A stretch of 45,650 nucleotides of DNA from a virus, in IMG/VR virus record IMGVR_UViG_3300005096_000116, positions 1 to 45,650 of that record; one strand, written 5' to 3'. Below are positions 1 through 10,300 of this stretch, in pieces. The stretch's first letter is position 1; every line of letters starts with the position of its first letter. The position numbers were made by a program, and so were the translations under genes. The notes under the pieces were generated by a model that made no database searches, had not been told where the DNA came from, and saw nothing but the letters and a program-made list of their open reading frames with translations.

Positions 1-91
1 AGAACCCAGGCACCAGGGAACTTCCGTATCACAAGGACTGGTCATCGAGAGTGGTTGCCCTGGCAGCTGAGGCTGCTCTTGTTAGGGGCGA
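1..91. repeat. Terminal direct duplication (1-91 = 45560-45650), a circular-assembly overlap
   Basis: The same 91 nt (agaacccaggcaccagggaacttccgtatcacaagg...ttaggggcga) occur at both window ends. The polymerase reading frame is preserved when the copies are superimposed. Confidence 0.95.
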
Positions 92-557
92 CAATATACG
101 CGATTTTATCACTAGCCATAACGACATATTCGACTTCTTCTTGCGAACCAAAGTCCCGCGTAGTTCAACACTTGAATGGGGGGGTGACCAAGTCAGTAAC
201 ATTGTGCGCTACTACATCAGCACCAGTGGCAAGCCACTTGAAAAAGTGATGCCACCGAACGGTAAACCCGGTGAATACAAACGTGCGAACAAACTGACCG
301 ATCAATACTTCAACAGCATCATCGGTGAGATAGGGTACGGTATATGGGATGAGCGCATTCACACCAAAAATAAATCAACATATGGTGAACGTCGCAGTGG
401 TATTCAGACCGGTTACAATGTTCAGTTGTGTAATGATTTAAGTAAATCGTTATTAATGCCTCCTGATGGCGGTTATCCAATGTTTGACATCAACTACGAC
501 TGGTATATTCAGCAAACTGAAAAACTTGTGAAACCACTGTTGCAAGGTTCAATGTAA
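1..557 (+). CDS. DNA polymerase (family B-like), C-terminal part. Continues 44071..45650 across the junction; the unique part is 92..557.
   Basis: ORF 51..557 is in the same frame as the open-ended ORF at the 3' end once 1-91 is overlaid on 45560-45650. Stop TAA at 555-557. The combined ORF is 681 aa. Confidence 0.85.
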   Translation, partial: NPGTRELPYHKDWSSRVVALAAEAALVRGDNIRDFITSHNDIFDFFLRTKVPRSSTLEWGGDQVSNIVRYYISTSGKPLEKVMPPNGKPGEYKRANKLTDQYFNSIIGEIGYGIWDERIHTKNKSTYGERRSGIQTGYNVQLCNDLSKSLLMPPDGGYPMFDINYDWYIQQTEKLVKPLLQGSM

Positions 558-592
558 TCGTGGTACAATGTTGTACAGGTTAATTAATAAAG

Positions 593-856
593 GTGATAAT
601 GATGGAAATTATAAAAGTTGAGTATGTGAGTCGCGGGTCATTACGATCAGCTGCTGTTGAAATTGTAGCAATGGTTGATGGCGATGAATGGTTACAGAGC
701 GTTGATTTAGGTCTTGCTGAAACCCACAAAAATTTCCCTGACACAACAGGTATGAGTGAGTACGATAAAATAGCAACTGAGATATGCTTTGTAGTACAAC
801 TTGCTGTTTTAGAAATGCGTTTAATGGCTCAAGATGAACAAACAACAGCAAAATAA
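593..856 (+). CDS. Hypothetical protein (87 aa in track; likely true start ATG 599 or 602 behind AAGGTGA)
   Basis: ORF track; AAGGTGA Shine-Dalgarno at 588-594; same strand and tight spacing with neighbours. Confidence 0.5.
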   Translation: MIMMEIIKVEYVSRGSLRSAAVEIVAMVDGDEWLQSVDLGLAETHKNFPDTTGMSEYDKIATEICFVVQLAVLEMRLMAQDEQTTAK

Positions 857-1049
857 CGACACACCAATGACAGCAACTGAGATACTTCTTCGCAAAGAAG
901 AATGGGATCGTGAACTGCGTGCTCGAAGAAATCGGTACGGCATGATGGTAAATAAAATGATGGGCAAACAGGTACTTAAAATGATGACAAACATGGGTCC
1001 TGTTTTAGGAATCGTTAATTCATATACTATTGTTAACAGGATTAAATAA
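834..1049 (+). CDS. Hypothetical small basic protein (71 aa)
   Basis: ORF track only. It overlaps the previous ORF by 23 nt and has no clear SD. Confidence 0.3.
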   Translation: MNKQQQNNDTPMTATEILLRKEEWDRELRARRNRYGMMVNKMMGKQVLKMMTNMGPVLGIVNSYTIVNRIK

Positions 1050-1052
1050 CAG

Positions 1053-1241
1053 GTGACACTGATGAAAATTATAAACATTGAATTTGAAGACATTTCTTTT
1101 AATAATTCATATACGGATGAACCTACTATACAATCTCATAACGGTGGTGTCATTGTAATGACAAACTCTGATGTTGAATCGTCTTATCAGTTAGTTCCAG
1201 GTAAAACTTACAAAGTAAAAATTACAATTGAGGAACAGTAA
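1053..1241 (+). CDS. Hypothetical protein (likely start ATG 1062)
   Basis: ORF track; CAGGTGACACTG-ATG initiation region like other genes in this genome; abuts the next ORF. Confidence 0.45.
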   Translation: MTLMKIINIEFEDISFNNSYTDEPTIQSHNGGVIVMTNSDVESSYQLVPGKTYKVKITIEEQ

Positions 1242-2027
1242 ATGAACACTGAACAAATGCAACAAGATTACAACGACGCAATCGAGTTCACTCTTAAACT
1301 GGGTGGCATTGATGGCACTGCATTTTTAGAAGTATGGAACGAAGGTGACTGGGAATGTATCGAACGTGACTTCCCTGAGTTCAAAATATCAGATGCACTC
1401 AGGCACCCTAAACCAGAAGTTATCAAACCAATTAACACCTCAGTCACCGTCACCTACAGCAACGGTGAGACACGTCAGTTCGTGGCCAGTGACAACCTGG
1501 AACAGCTGATCAATGAAGGTCACATGTTCTCTGTCACCACGATGCACAGTGACATTAACCTGGATGAAGAGAAGTCAGTGTCGAAGATGTACGCCGGCAA
1601 CCCGATGGCGGCGATGGGTTACATGATGATGATGCACCGTAACGCTGACACAATGCCGGACGAGGATAAGAACAAAAAAATAATCCTCGAAGTGCTGAGT
1701 ACCTGCATCAGTTTCTTAAAAGATGAAGTTACCTCTCACCAGTCGGGGATGGTTAATGAAGAGCGAATTACACAAGAACAAATAGAAGGAAGAATCCATC
1801 GTAATAATCAAAACTCGAAAATTGTTGACATTAAAGTAAACGGTGATAATGAATCAAAAGATAGGAAGTATTGTCACGTTATTGAAAATCTTTGTGAGTA
1901 TTACGGTTGTCAGATTGACAGAAACAATGATGTTGCGATTGAACATTGTGGACATCCTGATAATCTTAAAGATGAAGAAGGCAACTGTACCAGTCTTCTC
2001 TGTCCATTATGTACAGAGAGTGCTTAA
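1242..2027 (+). CDS. Hypothetical protein with Cys/His-rich C-terminus (261 aa)
   Basis: ORF track. The C-terminal CHVIENLCEYYGC...HCGHP...CTSLLCPLC cluster suggests metal binding. No family recognised. Confidence 0.6.
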   Translation: MNTEQMQQDYNDAIEFTLKLGGIDGTAFLEVWNEGDWECIERDFPEFKISDALRHPKPEVIKPINTSVTVTYSNGETRQFVASDNLEQLINEGHMFSVTTMHSDINLDEEKSVSKMYAGNPMAAMGYMMMMHRNADTMPDEDKNKKIILEVLSTCISFLKDEVTSHQSGMVNEERITQEQIEGRIHRNNQNSKIVDIKVNGDNESKDRKYCHVIENLCEYYGCQIDRNNDVAIEHCGHPDNLKDEEGNCTSLLCPLCTESA

Positions 2028-2028
2028 C

Positions 2029-2319
2029 ATGGGTGTTCGTGAATCAAAAATAGAAAAGTACCTCGACAAACAGATCCATGATGCAGGTGGTATTACGAGG
2101 AAGTGGATTTCACCAGGGCGCGATGGTGTGCCTGATCGCATTGTGATTTACAAAGGTCAAGTGTTCTTTGTCGAAGTTAAATCGGTTGATGGTGTGCTGT
2201 CAAAGAATCAGAAGCGTGAGTTGAAAAGATTGTCTGATCACGGTGCTCAAGTTGAAGTTGTGTATGGTAATGCTGACGTTGATTCGTTTGTTGGATTGTT
2301 GAAAGAGTTGTCGGGTTAG
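2029..2319 (+). CDS. VRR-NUC domain nuclease (96 aa)
   Basis: ATG at 2029, inside the longer alt-start track ORF 1843..2319. Motifs GVPDRIV ... FFVEVKS ... LSKNQK fit the PD-(D/E)xK VRR-NUC pattern. It sits directly upstream of an SNF2 helicase, as is typical. Confidence 0.8.
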   Translation: MGVRESKIEKYLDKQIHDAGGITRKWISPGRDGVPDRIVIYKGQVFFVEVKSVDGVLSKNQKRELKRLSDHGAQVEVVYGNADVDSFVGLLKELSG

Positions 2320-3816
2320 ATGACCGACCTACTCACTCCACAGCAACTTCACGACTATCAGAAAGTAGCAATTAATCACATGGCAGTTCACCCGGATAGC
2401 ATGCTGTGGCTCGGGGTCGGGCTTGGGAAAACAATTGTCACACTTACTACTATAGTAGATAAAATGCGTGCGGGTCATGTGCAGAAAACGTTAATACTTG
2501 GTCCACTGCGAGTCATACAGTCAGTGTGGGCGCGTGAAGCAAGAGTGTGGACACACACCAACCATTTACGTTTCAGCATCATTCATGGCACCAAAGAGAA
2601 ACGCTCACGTGCATTGTTCGCAGACGCTGATGTGTATCTTATTAATTATGAGAATTTAAACTGGTTAGCTGAACAACTCGATCATTATTATATCTCCCAG
2701 GGAAAGCCACTGCCGTTTCAGATGGTGGTCTATGACGAGGTGTCGAAACTGAAGAACAGCACCACGCTCCGCATGGCCGGCGGCGACCGGGATCGTAAAG
2801 ATGGGCGTGGTGAGCACTACAAAATTAAAGTTACAGGGTGGCGTAAGATCCTGTCACATTTCAAATATCGAACCGGCCTCACCGGGACACCTGCATCGAA
2901 CGGTTACCTTGATCTGCATGGTCAGTTCCTGGCTGTCGATGGCGGCGAACGACTCGGTGAGTTCATCACGCATTATAAAGATAGTTACTTCACCAGCGAT
3001 TACAGCGGGTGGAACTACACGCCGACTGATTTAGGTAAGCAGTGGATCGAGCATAAGATCAGTGACATCACCGTGAAGATGGACTCACGCGACTATCTCG
3101 ATCTGCCCGACTGTCAGGTGACGAACCTTATGGTTGACCTACCAGCAGCCGCACGCAAAGCCTACAAGGAAGTTGAGAAGAACATGTTCACTCAGCTTGA
3201 CAGCGGCAGTGAGGTTGAAGTGTTCAGCCGGTCGTCGGTGTCAAATAAGACACTCCAATTTTGTAACGGTAGCCCATACCTCAACAGTGAATCACCAGAG
3301 TTTGAAGTACTACACGATGCGAAGTTAAACGCACTTGAAGACGTATTAGAAGAAGCAGGCGGGTCGCCGGTGCTGTGCAGTTACTTATACAAAGCTGATG
3401 CAATACGCATTATGAAGAAATTTAAAAAATATAAACCAGTGAACCTCACTACGACACCATCGAAGGATACAGGTAAAGTCATTGATAAATGGATACACGG
3501 TGATATTAAATTAATGGTGGCTCACCCTGCAAGTTGCGCTCATGGGATTAACGGGTTACAAAAGAGTGGTCACATCGTCGTATGGTTCGGCATCAACTGG
3601 TCACTGGAACTGTACGACCAGATGAACGGTCGCATTGATCGTCAGGGTCAGACTCACCCTGTATCAATCATCAGAATATTATGCAATGATACAATTGACC
3701 TGGCTGTGGCCGATGCGATAGGGCGTAAGACTGATAATCAGGAAGGACTTAAACGCGCATTACAGCGTTACCGTGATGGTGTGACTACGAATGATTTGAC
3801 TGTGAACTTTTTCTGA
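2320..3816 (+). CDS. SNF2-family (SF2) helicase/ATPase
   Basis: Motif I LGVGLGKT, motif II DEVSKLKN, motif III LTGTPASN, motif VI QMNGRIDRQGQ. Confidence 0.9.
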   Translation: MTDLLTPQQLHDYQKVAINHMAVHPDSMLWLGVGLGKTIVTLTTIVDKMRAGHVQKTLILGPLRVIQSVWAREARVWTHTNHLRFSIIHGTKEKRSRALFADADVYLINYENLNWLAEQLDHYYISQGKPLPFQMVVYDEVSKLKNSTTLRMAGGDRDRKDGRGEHYKIKVTGWRKILSHFKYRTGLTGTPASNGYLDLHGQFLAVDGGERLGEFITHYKDSYFTSDYSGWNYTPTDLGKQWIEHKISDITVKMDSRDYLDLPDCQVTNLMVDLPAAARKAYKEVEKNMFTQLDSGSEVEVFSRSSVSNKTLQFCNGSPYLNSESPEFEVLHDAKLNALEDVLEEAGGSPVLCSYLYKADAIRIMKKFKKYKPVNLTTTPSKDTGKVIDKWIHGDIKLMVAHPASCAHGINGLQKSGHIVVWFGINWSLELYDQMNGRIDRQGQTHPVSIIRILCNDTIDLAVADAIGRKTDNQEGLKRALQRYRDGVTTNDLTVNFF

Positions 3817-3818
3817 TT

Positions 3819-4127
3819 ATGAAACTAAGAAGAATTAAATCGCTAAAGGTTAATTGCTACCAATTTAAAATATTGTGGAATAAAACACATGACGGTGGTA
3901 GTTTTAATTACCAGAAGCAAGAAATAGAGATAGGTGTTGAATGTGGGAACGATAATGAAATATTAATGGTTATATGCCATGAATTAATGGAAATATGCGC
4001 TGTTGAGATGAATGTAAGGCTAAGAAAACCGGATTGCAGTGATGATTACATATTTGTATATGACCACAGGCAGCATGAAACTATGATGAATATGTTTTCA
4101 GGTTTATTAAGTCAATTTATTAAATAA
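3819..4127 (+). CDS. Hypothetical protein (102 aa), last gene of the plus-strand arm
   Basis: ORF track; starts 3 nt after the SNF2 stop. It contains HELME, which is not a true HExxH. Confidence 0.55.
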   Translation: MKLRRIKSLKVNCYQFKILWNKTHDGGSFNYQKQEIEIGVECGNDNEILMVICHELMEICAVEMNVRLRKPDCSDDYIFVYDHRQHETMMNMFSGLLSQFIK

Positions 4128-4136
4128 TCAATCCTT

Positions 4137-4472
4137 CTAATGCTGAAATTTACCAACCACAAACATAACAACAGTCACAACACCGGTGCCAATAGCACCC
4201 CACTTCAAGCACCATATCATGAAGTCCTGCACACCACGCCCGACACGTGCAGCACCCTGGAAATCTTTGTGAAGTTGGATCACTGAGCTGGTGTCATCAA
4301 CTAACGACGATACTGACCTGGTTAATTCAGACACAGCAGCGGTGTTGATCTTCTGAGCTTCGATGAGCTTATCAAACTTGGCACCTTCTTCTTCTTCGTG
4401 CTTTTCAAATTTAATAACATGCTGCTCAAATCGTTGACATAAATCATTCATCAGATCTGTTTCTTTGGTCAT
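4137..4472 (-). CDS. C-terminally membrane-anchored protein, lysis-cassette member (spanin-like or holin partner?)
   Basis: Coiled-coil-like N-terminus, one C-terminal hydrophobic segment (WGAIGTGVVTVVMFVVG). Last gene of the late operon, next to holin-like and endolysin genes. Confidence 0.45.
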   Translation of the reverse strand: MTKETDLMNDLCQRFEQHVIKFEKHEEEEGAKFDKLIEAQKINTAAVSELTRSVSSLVDDTSSVIQLHKDFQGAARVGRGVQDFMIWCLKWGAIGTGVVTVVMFVVGKFQH

Positions 4473-4473
4473 G

Positions 4474-4998
4474 CTACACCTTCTCTACTAACTGTTTCGT
4501 TTTCTCTTTACTGCCGGCACTTGAACCAAAGAAGAAATTGTAAACCTGTTCAGCTTTCGATGACACCTGACCCAACACGAAACCGAGTAGTGTACTTTCT
4601 AAAGTGACTTTTCCGGACAGCACCCAAAATACAACACCGAAGAAGCAAGTAACGGTGACTGTTGCCAGTATAGGTACAACGTAACTTTTCGTTTCTTTCT
4701 GAAGTTGACGCGCTGATGCACGATCATCTGCTGCTATCTTCTCAAGATCAACACCAAGTTTAGCCATTTCTGTTTCAAAGGTCTGATCAGCTTCTTTAAG
4801 TTTTAAAAGAGTCCCTGGTGATGCAGTAGCAAGTGCTTTGGCAATGTCAGTTTCTTTAGCATCTTCATTCAGACCCAGTGCCGATGTCAGTGCGTTCATC
4901 GCAACACCACCGACAGGACCACCTAACGCAGTACCAATCAACGGTGCAATAGTTCCGACTAAACTCTTCCAATTAAAATCACTCATCGTGTATCCCAC
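4474..4998 (-). CDS. Holin-like membrane protein (174 aa)
   Basis: Gly-rich hydrophobic N-terminus, two hydrophobic segments near the C-terminus (VVPILATVTVTCFFGVVFWVL, LLGFVLG). Immediately downstream of the endolysin, overlapping its stop. Confidence 0.5.
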   Translation of the reverse strand: MGYTMSDFNWKSLVGTIAPLIGTALGGPVGGVAMNALTSALGLNEDAKETDIAKALATASPGTLLKLKEADQTFETEMAKLGVDLEKIAADDRASARQLQKETKSYVVPILATVTVTCFFGVVFWVLSGKVTLESTLLGFVLGQVSSKAEQVYNFFFGSSAGSKEKTKQLVEKV

Positions 4999-5381
4999 CT
5001 GGCTGGTCCAATAGTTCTAGTATCGAAATGTGTCCGATTAATATATCGACCCATGCCACAACGTCCTGAATATTCTAACTCAAGATAATCAGCAACACGA
5101 TCAGGGTCAATCTGTTCATTTGTGCGCCCTATATACAGTTTAAAATCAGCAGCACGTGCATAAATATGTTGTGAGTTTGGTGCGCCACCAACATCTGCGT
5201 TGTGTTCTTTACACCGGTTTGGTCCTGTGATTTTAATGCGGACAGTGGTGCCGAGTTCTTTAGCAAAATGATCAACGCAACCCTGCAATGCTTCAACAAG
5301 CTCAACATCAACGGTGTCAAATCCGCAACCACACTCACATGCAAATTCTTTTCTGCTTAAATTTTTAGTTAATTTTCCGAT
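4983..5381 (-). CDS. Peptidase M15A-type (zinc D-Ala-D-Ala carboxypeptidase-like) endolysin. Track ORF is 4983..5288; the conserved domain extends upstream to about 5381.
   Basis: Zn motifs SQHIYARAAD (H-x6-D) and THFD; NRCKEHNADVGGAPNSQH. The in-frame upstream extension encodes KNLSRKEFACECGCGFD, typical of the family N-terminus, but holds no ATG/GTG/TTG before TTG 5288. Confidence 0.8.
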   Translation of the reverse strand: MGKLTKNLSRKEFACECGCGFDTVDVELVEALQGCVDHFAKELGTTVRIKITGPNRCKEHNADVGGAPNSQHIYARAADFKLYIGRTNEQIDPDRVADYLELEYSGRCGMGRYINRTHFDTRTIGPARWDTR

Positions 5382-5563
5382 AAGTCACCTGTTTTCTGAG
5401 CATCTTTAATTTTCTGAGCATCTTTAATTTTCTGAGCATCTTTAATTTTCTGAGCATCTTCAGATAATGCTTGCATCACATGATTATATGCAGGAACTTC
5501 GCTGCCTTTAAGTTCAGTACGTGAAAGAAATTCAACACACAATTCAATAGCTTCTTTATCCAT
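5369..5563 (-). CDS. Hypothetical protein with DAQKIK tandem repeat (64 aa)
   Basis: ORF track; abuts the tailspike stop; contains an 18-bp in-frame tandem repeat. Confidence 0.55.
   Translation of the reverse strand: MDKEAIELCVEFLSRTELKGSEVPAYNHVMQALSEDAQKIKDAQKIKDAQKIKDAQKTGDLSEN
5392..5460. repeat. 18-bp tandem repeat, 3 perfect copies plus a 15-nt partial copy (ttttctgagcatctttaa)
   Basis: Read directly; in frame, encoding (DAQKIK)x3 then DAQKT. Confidence 0.95.
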
Positions 5564-7305
5564 CAGTTAAGTACTCTCAATGCTCTATAACCAGTGCCAC
5601 CACTATCAGCAGCACCTACTTCAATTCGTTTTAACGCACCACCGACATAGATCTCTACTGAGTTAGTAGCATCTCCATCAAATTGCATGGCTGTTAAAGT
5701 GTTTATGCTGTCGTAAATATTTAAATCATTAGTAAGATTTTTCTGTATGAGCCAATTGTCTGTACCTTGATCTGAAAAAGTAATAGTTGTGTTTTTAGTA
5801 GCTGTTGATCCACTGTCCAGCTTCAACCCTATATCATAGTCTGCACCGTTAGTAATGATTAAAGTTTGATTCCCACCATTAGACATTTTAACAAAGTTGG
5901 ACAGCGTAGCTATGCCACTGATATCTATAATATTAGTATGATTCCCTGTTACTTTTAAAACAGAATCTGAATTGCTTTCATCAAATATAGCTGCGTTTTG
6001 GAATGCGTTCACGGTGTCTGTAACACCACCGGGGTCTTTGTAAAAGTGAACGCCGTTTGAATAACATCTGGATAAAGAGACACCTTCATTCCACCATTTC
6101 ACACCTGTTGAATCATTCACCCACACGGTCGCGGCAGAGGTAAGACGACCATTACTACCACTATGACCTATGATCTCTATTGCGTTTTTCCTATAAGCTG
6201 GGGTAGATGAACCAGAGAACGGGTCTGTAATTGCATTACCAAATGTTCCTGCGACTTCAAATTCAACAGCCCTGACCATTCCGTCTGTGCCAGTAGCGTC
6301 TTGCAAAGCGCCGATGTTCTGCGCCCATAGATGCTTTCTGCCGTTCAAGTTGTTAATGATAACTTGTTGTGCAACAAAATCATTAGCTGCTGGTGTTGCT
6401 GTGGGGTTGTCGCCAATAAGTATTTGTTGACCAGCAGCTTCGCCCGCTGATGTTGATGAAGGGTCTGATAAAATAAACAAAGGTCCCCTGGTATTTGGAA
6501 GATATTTACCAATGCTAATAGCAGGGATAGCTTTAGTGTTGATTGTCGCACCATTACTATAAAAAGTTACACTGTGAGCGAATGTCAAAGACCCTACGGT
6601 ATAGTTAACACCATTAGATAGACGAAGTTCACGAGAAGCAGTGATGGCTGCTTGAAATTTTACAGTTTCATCACCGGAACCTACTGCACCAAAATCAGCA
6701 ACACTGGGTATGTCTAAATCTTTACTTTCCTGAGTTCTATTAACTCCACCTGTAAAATTATTCCCTGCGGAATATGTGATAATGTCAGCGTTTGTAGGTA
6801 CACCGGATGTCGCTAAATCAATATTTTCTATACCTGATAAATCACTTTTCCAACGGAGATATTTAACAGCATCAGGTGCATCTAAAGTTAAATTCAATGA
6901 ACCACTGTAACTGTCCTCTAACTTCATAGAACGATCAAATGTATCACGCAACTGCTGAATCAGAAATGTAAGATGATCCATCTGTGCTTCATGAATGTCC
7001 GGGAAGAACGCACCCTGCGATGAGAAATCTGTCAACTGATTCTCAGCACGATTCGATCTGATGTACCATTGATAGTTAGTTGGTAGGTTGCCGGCCAGTC
7101 GAACGAGCGTACCGCCGCCATCGACACCGATATTATTGACAGTGTAGTCTGTGTCAACGACGAGCAGCGTCTGTACACCCAGGTCGGTTGTTTCATAAAC
7201 CGATAGTTGAGTTTTATCAACAACAGTGAAGTCATATGAATAAGTATCATTCAGGTTATTGCCGACGTATGGGCCGGACGTGATGTTCAGGGTGCTGACT
7301 GTCAT
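5563..7305 (-). CDS. Tailspike / tail fibre protein (580 aa)
   Basis: Position after the ejection proteins. The N-terminal segment resembles podovirus tailspike head-binding domains. The Gly/Asn/Thr/Ser-rich remainder is consistent with a beta-helix. Confidence 0.65.
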   Translation of the reverse strand: MTVSTLNITSGPYVGNNLNDTYSYDFTVVDKTQLSVYETTDLGVQTLLVVDTDYTVNNIGVDGGGTLVRLAGNLPTNYQWYIRSNRAENQLTDFSSQGAFFPDIHEAQMDHLTFLIQQLRDTFDRSMKLEDSYSGSLNLTLDAPDAVKYLRWKSDLSGIENIDLATSGVPTNADIITYSAGNNFTGGVNRTQESKDLDIPSVADFGAVGSGDETVKFQAAITASRELRLSNGVNYTVGSLTFAHSVTFYSNGATINTKAIPAISIGKYLPNTRGPLFILSDPSSTSAGEAAGQQILIGDNPTATPAANDFVAQQVIINNLNGRKHLWAQNIGALQDATGTDGMVRAVEFEVAGTFGNAITDPFSGSSTPAYRKNAIEIIGHSGSNGRLTSAATVWVNDSTGVKWWNEGVSLSRCYSNGVHFYKDPGGVTDTVNAFQNAAIFDESNSDSVLKVTGNHTNIIDISGIATLSNFVKMSNGGNQTLIITNGADYDIGLKLDSGSTATKNTTITFSDQGTDNWLIQKNLTNDLNIYDSINTLTAMQFDGDATNSVEIYVGGALKRIEVGAADSGGTGYRALRVLN

Positions 7306-7341
7306 AATATAACCTCAATTTTCAATGACCTGAGTGTAACA

Positions 7342-10300
7342 TTACTCACGGTCAGGACCAAATGCTAACTCTTTCAATGTAATTTCTTCACCTTCTTCAA
7401 GGTACTGGTATATTTCGTCGGATGTAGCCCAAGTCTGTGCTGCACCCGGGATATGAAATATAGTAGCTGCAAAAGTGAATATCCCTTTTTGTTGTGCTCT
7501 CGTCACTTCTTCACCTTCGTATAAATTTGAAGCTGCGCCATATATACTCTCAAGCCCGTTACCCACCAAATTAAAAGCTGGTGATGCATTGAATTTATGA
7601 TAATCAGACACAAACACATTCGCAGCGTCCCTTGCGTAAGGTACAGTACCTATGGTGGTGCTTGCCATCTTTGACATTATACGCTTCATATACTCATCTG
7701 GCTCTTCGTCTTCTTCAGGTTCAGCTTCACCTCTTATCAGCAATTCATACATAGTTGTGGCGAAAATCATGTAAAATATACCGGCTGCGAATTGAGATGA
7801 GCTGACCCAACCCTGCTTTTTACCTCTAACCAGCGTCCTTTGAACATTGAACGCTGTGTTAAACCAAGTCATGAATGAGAAAAACAATCTTGCTATCTGA
7901 TTATTAGTACCTAACATCGCACTCATGTTACTAATGTCACCTGAACCCTGTGATTGATCTACGAGCCAATCCGCATATTCAACAGCTTTAGATTCATCAC
8001 CCTCAAAATCAACCATACCTTTCTCAAACCCAGCGTGCCATACAGGAAAATCAACCACATACAGCTGGACATAACCTATTCCCATCATTGATGCACGTCT
8101 GAACGAAGCGATCTTTCCTTCTTTTACTTCTATCTGTTTCATAGCATCATTGAATTCTCGATCAAATGTTTTTAACCGGTGTCGTAATACTGATGATTTA
8201 AGTAGAGCAAAATCACGAGCAGCCCACCCTTCTTGTCCGTTGATAGGGATAGTTTTCAGCATACTCATTATACCTTGTGGTATATAACCTTTACCTTCCA
8301 TCATCAATGTTCTGGCAGTGAATAACCCTGATGGTTGTATTAATATAGTACTCAATTTATAACCTAAATATACATAAGTCATACCGGTACGAAGATGCCT
8401 GGCTAAGTTTGAACCAAACACTTGCGCTTCAGTAGCTCGACCACCTTTAGCTACACTACTCAACCACACATTCATCTTAGCGTACTCTTCTTTACCTAAC
8501 TTCCGTTTAAGTTTCATTGATATTACAGGGTCACGTATAATTTTATTCACTTGTCGAACTGTGTCGTAGTGAGTGATGTAGTGAATAACTTCCTGAAAAT
8601 GATCAGTAATCACACCAAGGTCGAAACGAATTGGCGCGTAGAACTCAGTACGCGTATGAGTTGCACCGGCTGTTACAGACTGATTCAAACTACCGAGTGT
8701 AGAAAACATTGATTCGAGTCGTGCTTCACGTTTGTCTTTAAAATCAGCAGCCCTCGCATCACGATCATGATCATATTGTAAAGTGTAATAACCACCTTTC
8801 ATTTTTCCAAACTTAGTTTGGAACTCAACCGGGTCTACCTTTTTAGGTGTCAGCCCAGTACCTTTAAGTGTTGTCTCAGATAATAAAGGGTACAAAGAGT
8901 CCATTGAATCCCATACTTGTTTTACTATTGACCAATCACTTTCTGTCATGTGATCTAAAACAGCTTGAAGTTTGGGGTTATTAATTGTTATCTCAGCTTC
9001 ATTATCAGGGTTAGCCCACCCTTCCCCAAGTAACATTTTACGAAGGTTACCAGCATTACCAGCATTCAATGCAACAGACAGTATTTGATGCCCATACAAA
9101 TAAGTATTAACAGGCACGTTATCTTCGTCCACTGCAGCTATCTCTGGAATGTATATTTTTTGGTGCATACGTTTCAAATCAGTATTAGGTCGGTTCTTTA
9201 TCGCAGTGATTAAAGGTAACGCTGTACTTTCCCATAAAGTCAATTCTTCATCTCTTGCTACAACAGTTGGTCTGTGAATTAAGGAAGTCATCAACCCAGC
9301 TGGTTCACCTTTATCTAACCAGAATGTCATAAACGGAACCTTTGACATCCATGAAACACCTTCACTTGAAACACGTTCAGTCCACTTTACTTTCCCTGTT
9401 ATCTTTTCAAGTAACGTATAACCCGTTTCATCTTTGCCTGTGGTGCGTTCCGGCCTAAATACGGTATCAAGTTTATCAAGATGATTAATTATTTTAGATT
9501 TTAACTTATCAAATTCGATACTCTCTTTTAGTAGAGTTATCTTATTTGCGTACTTGGCAACATACTCAATGTTCTTCACCGAGTCATTGATGCCCTGTAA
9601 GTCTGTGAACGGAACATTTTTCCAGTGAATCACGTAGGACTCATTCAAAACCTGCTTTGATAGCACCAATTCTTCACCATGTTTTTCAAGACGTTCTTTC
9701 GCCCACAGATTAATGCTGTCAACATCCTTCAGTGTTGCTGACTTTCTGAACTCGAAGCGTTCAAGTATCTTGACGATCTGATCCCAGTAACCACCTTCAG
9801 CTTTCATGATGGCTTCACGAACTTTCTTTTTACTGTAACGTGACATACGGTCGACGATTTTCACAGTGTCATTTTTCGCAGCTGTCGCCGCCATGCCGAG
9901 ATAATAGTTCAACACCTGACGCATCTTCGCAGCAGCAGCACCTTCACGGTTACCTTCAACCAGCATCCGAGCAGATTCCTGTGCAGCGCGGATCTCAGCT
10001 TTGCGGTATTTACCCGGGTGAATCTCACGGAACGACAGTCTGCCGATGCGTTCTTCAGCTAATGCTTTAATGGTTGCACGGTCAATCGTCGGCGCGTTGG
10101 TGCCACGTGCAACCATCTTCAGCTCATGCAGTAGCAACTTACCACGTTCTTCATCCCGCACTGCCTCATCAGCTTCACGCTCAATGGTGCCGTCGGTGAG
10201 AATATCACCATGGCGTTCAACCATTTTCGCTTCAGCGTTGACCTTTGCCTGGTCTTTGATAGCCGGTGCAGTGATCAGGTCAATCAACATCTCAGACCCG

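Noticed and set aside
558-592. Near-palindrome gtacaa-tg-ttgtac after the polymerase stop, considered as a terminator or operator
   Set aside because: It has only 6-bp arms with a 2-nt centre and no U-tract. That is within chance expectation.
1843-2319. 158-aa track ORF
   Set aside because: The N-terminal 62 codons overlap the 3' end of gene 1242..2027 in another frame and look like shadow sequence. The recognisable VRR-NUC domain starts at ATG 2029.
3819-4127. Possible HExxH metalloprotease motif in the 102-aa protein
   Set aside because: The sequence is HELME. The second histidine is absent, so no zincin call is made.
4474-4998. Assignment of the 174-aa membrane protein to the specific GTA 3-TM holin family
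   Set aside because: I could not reproduce that family's characteristic motifs from memory in this sequence. I kept only a generic holin-like call based on topology and position.
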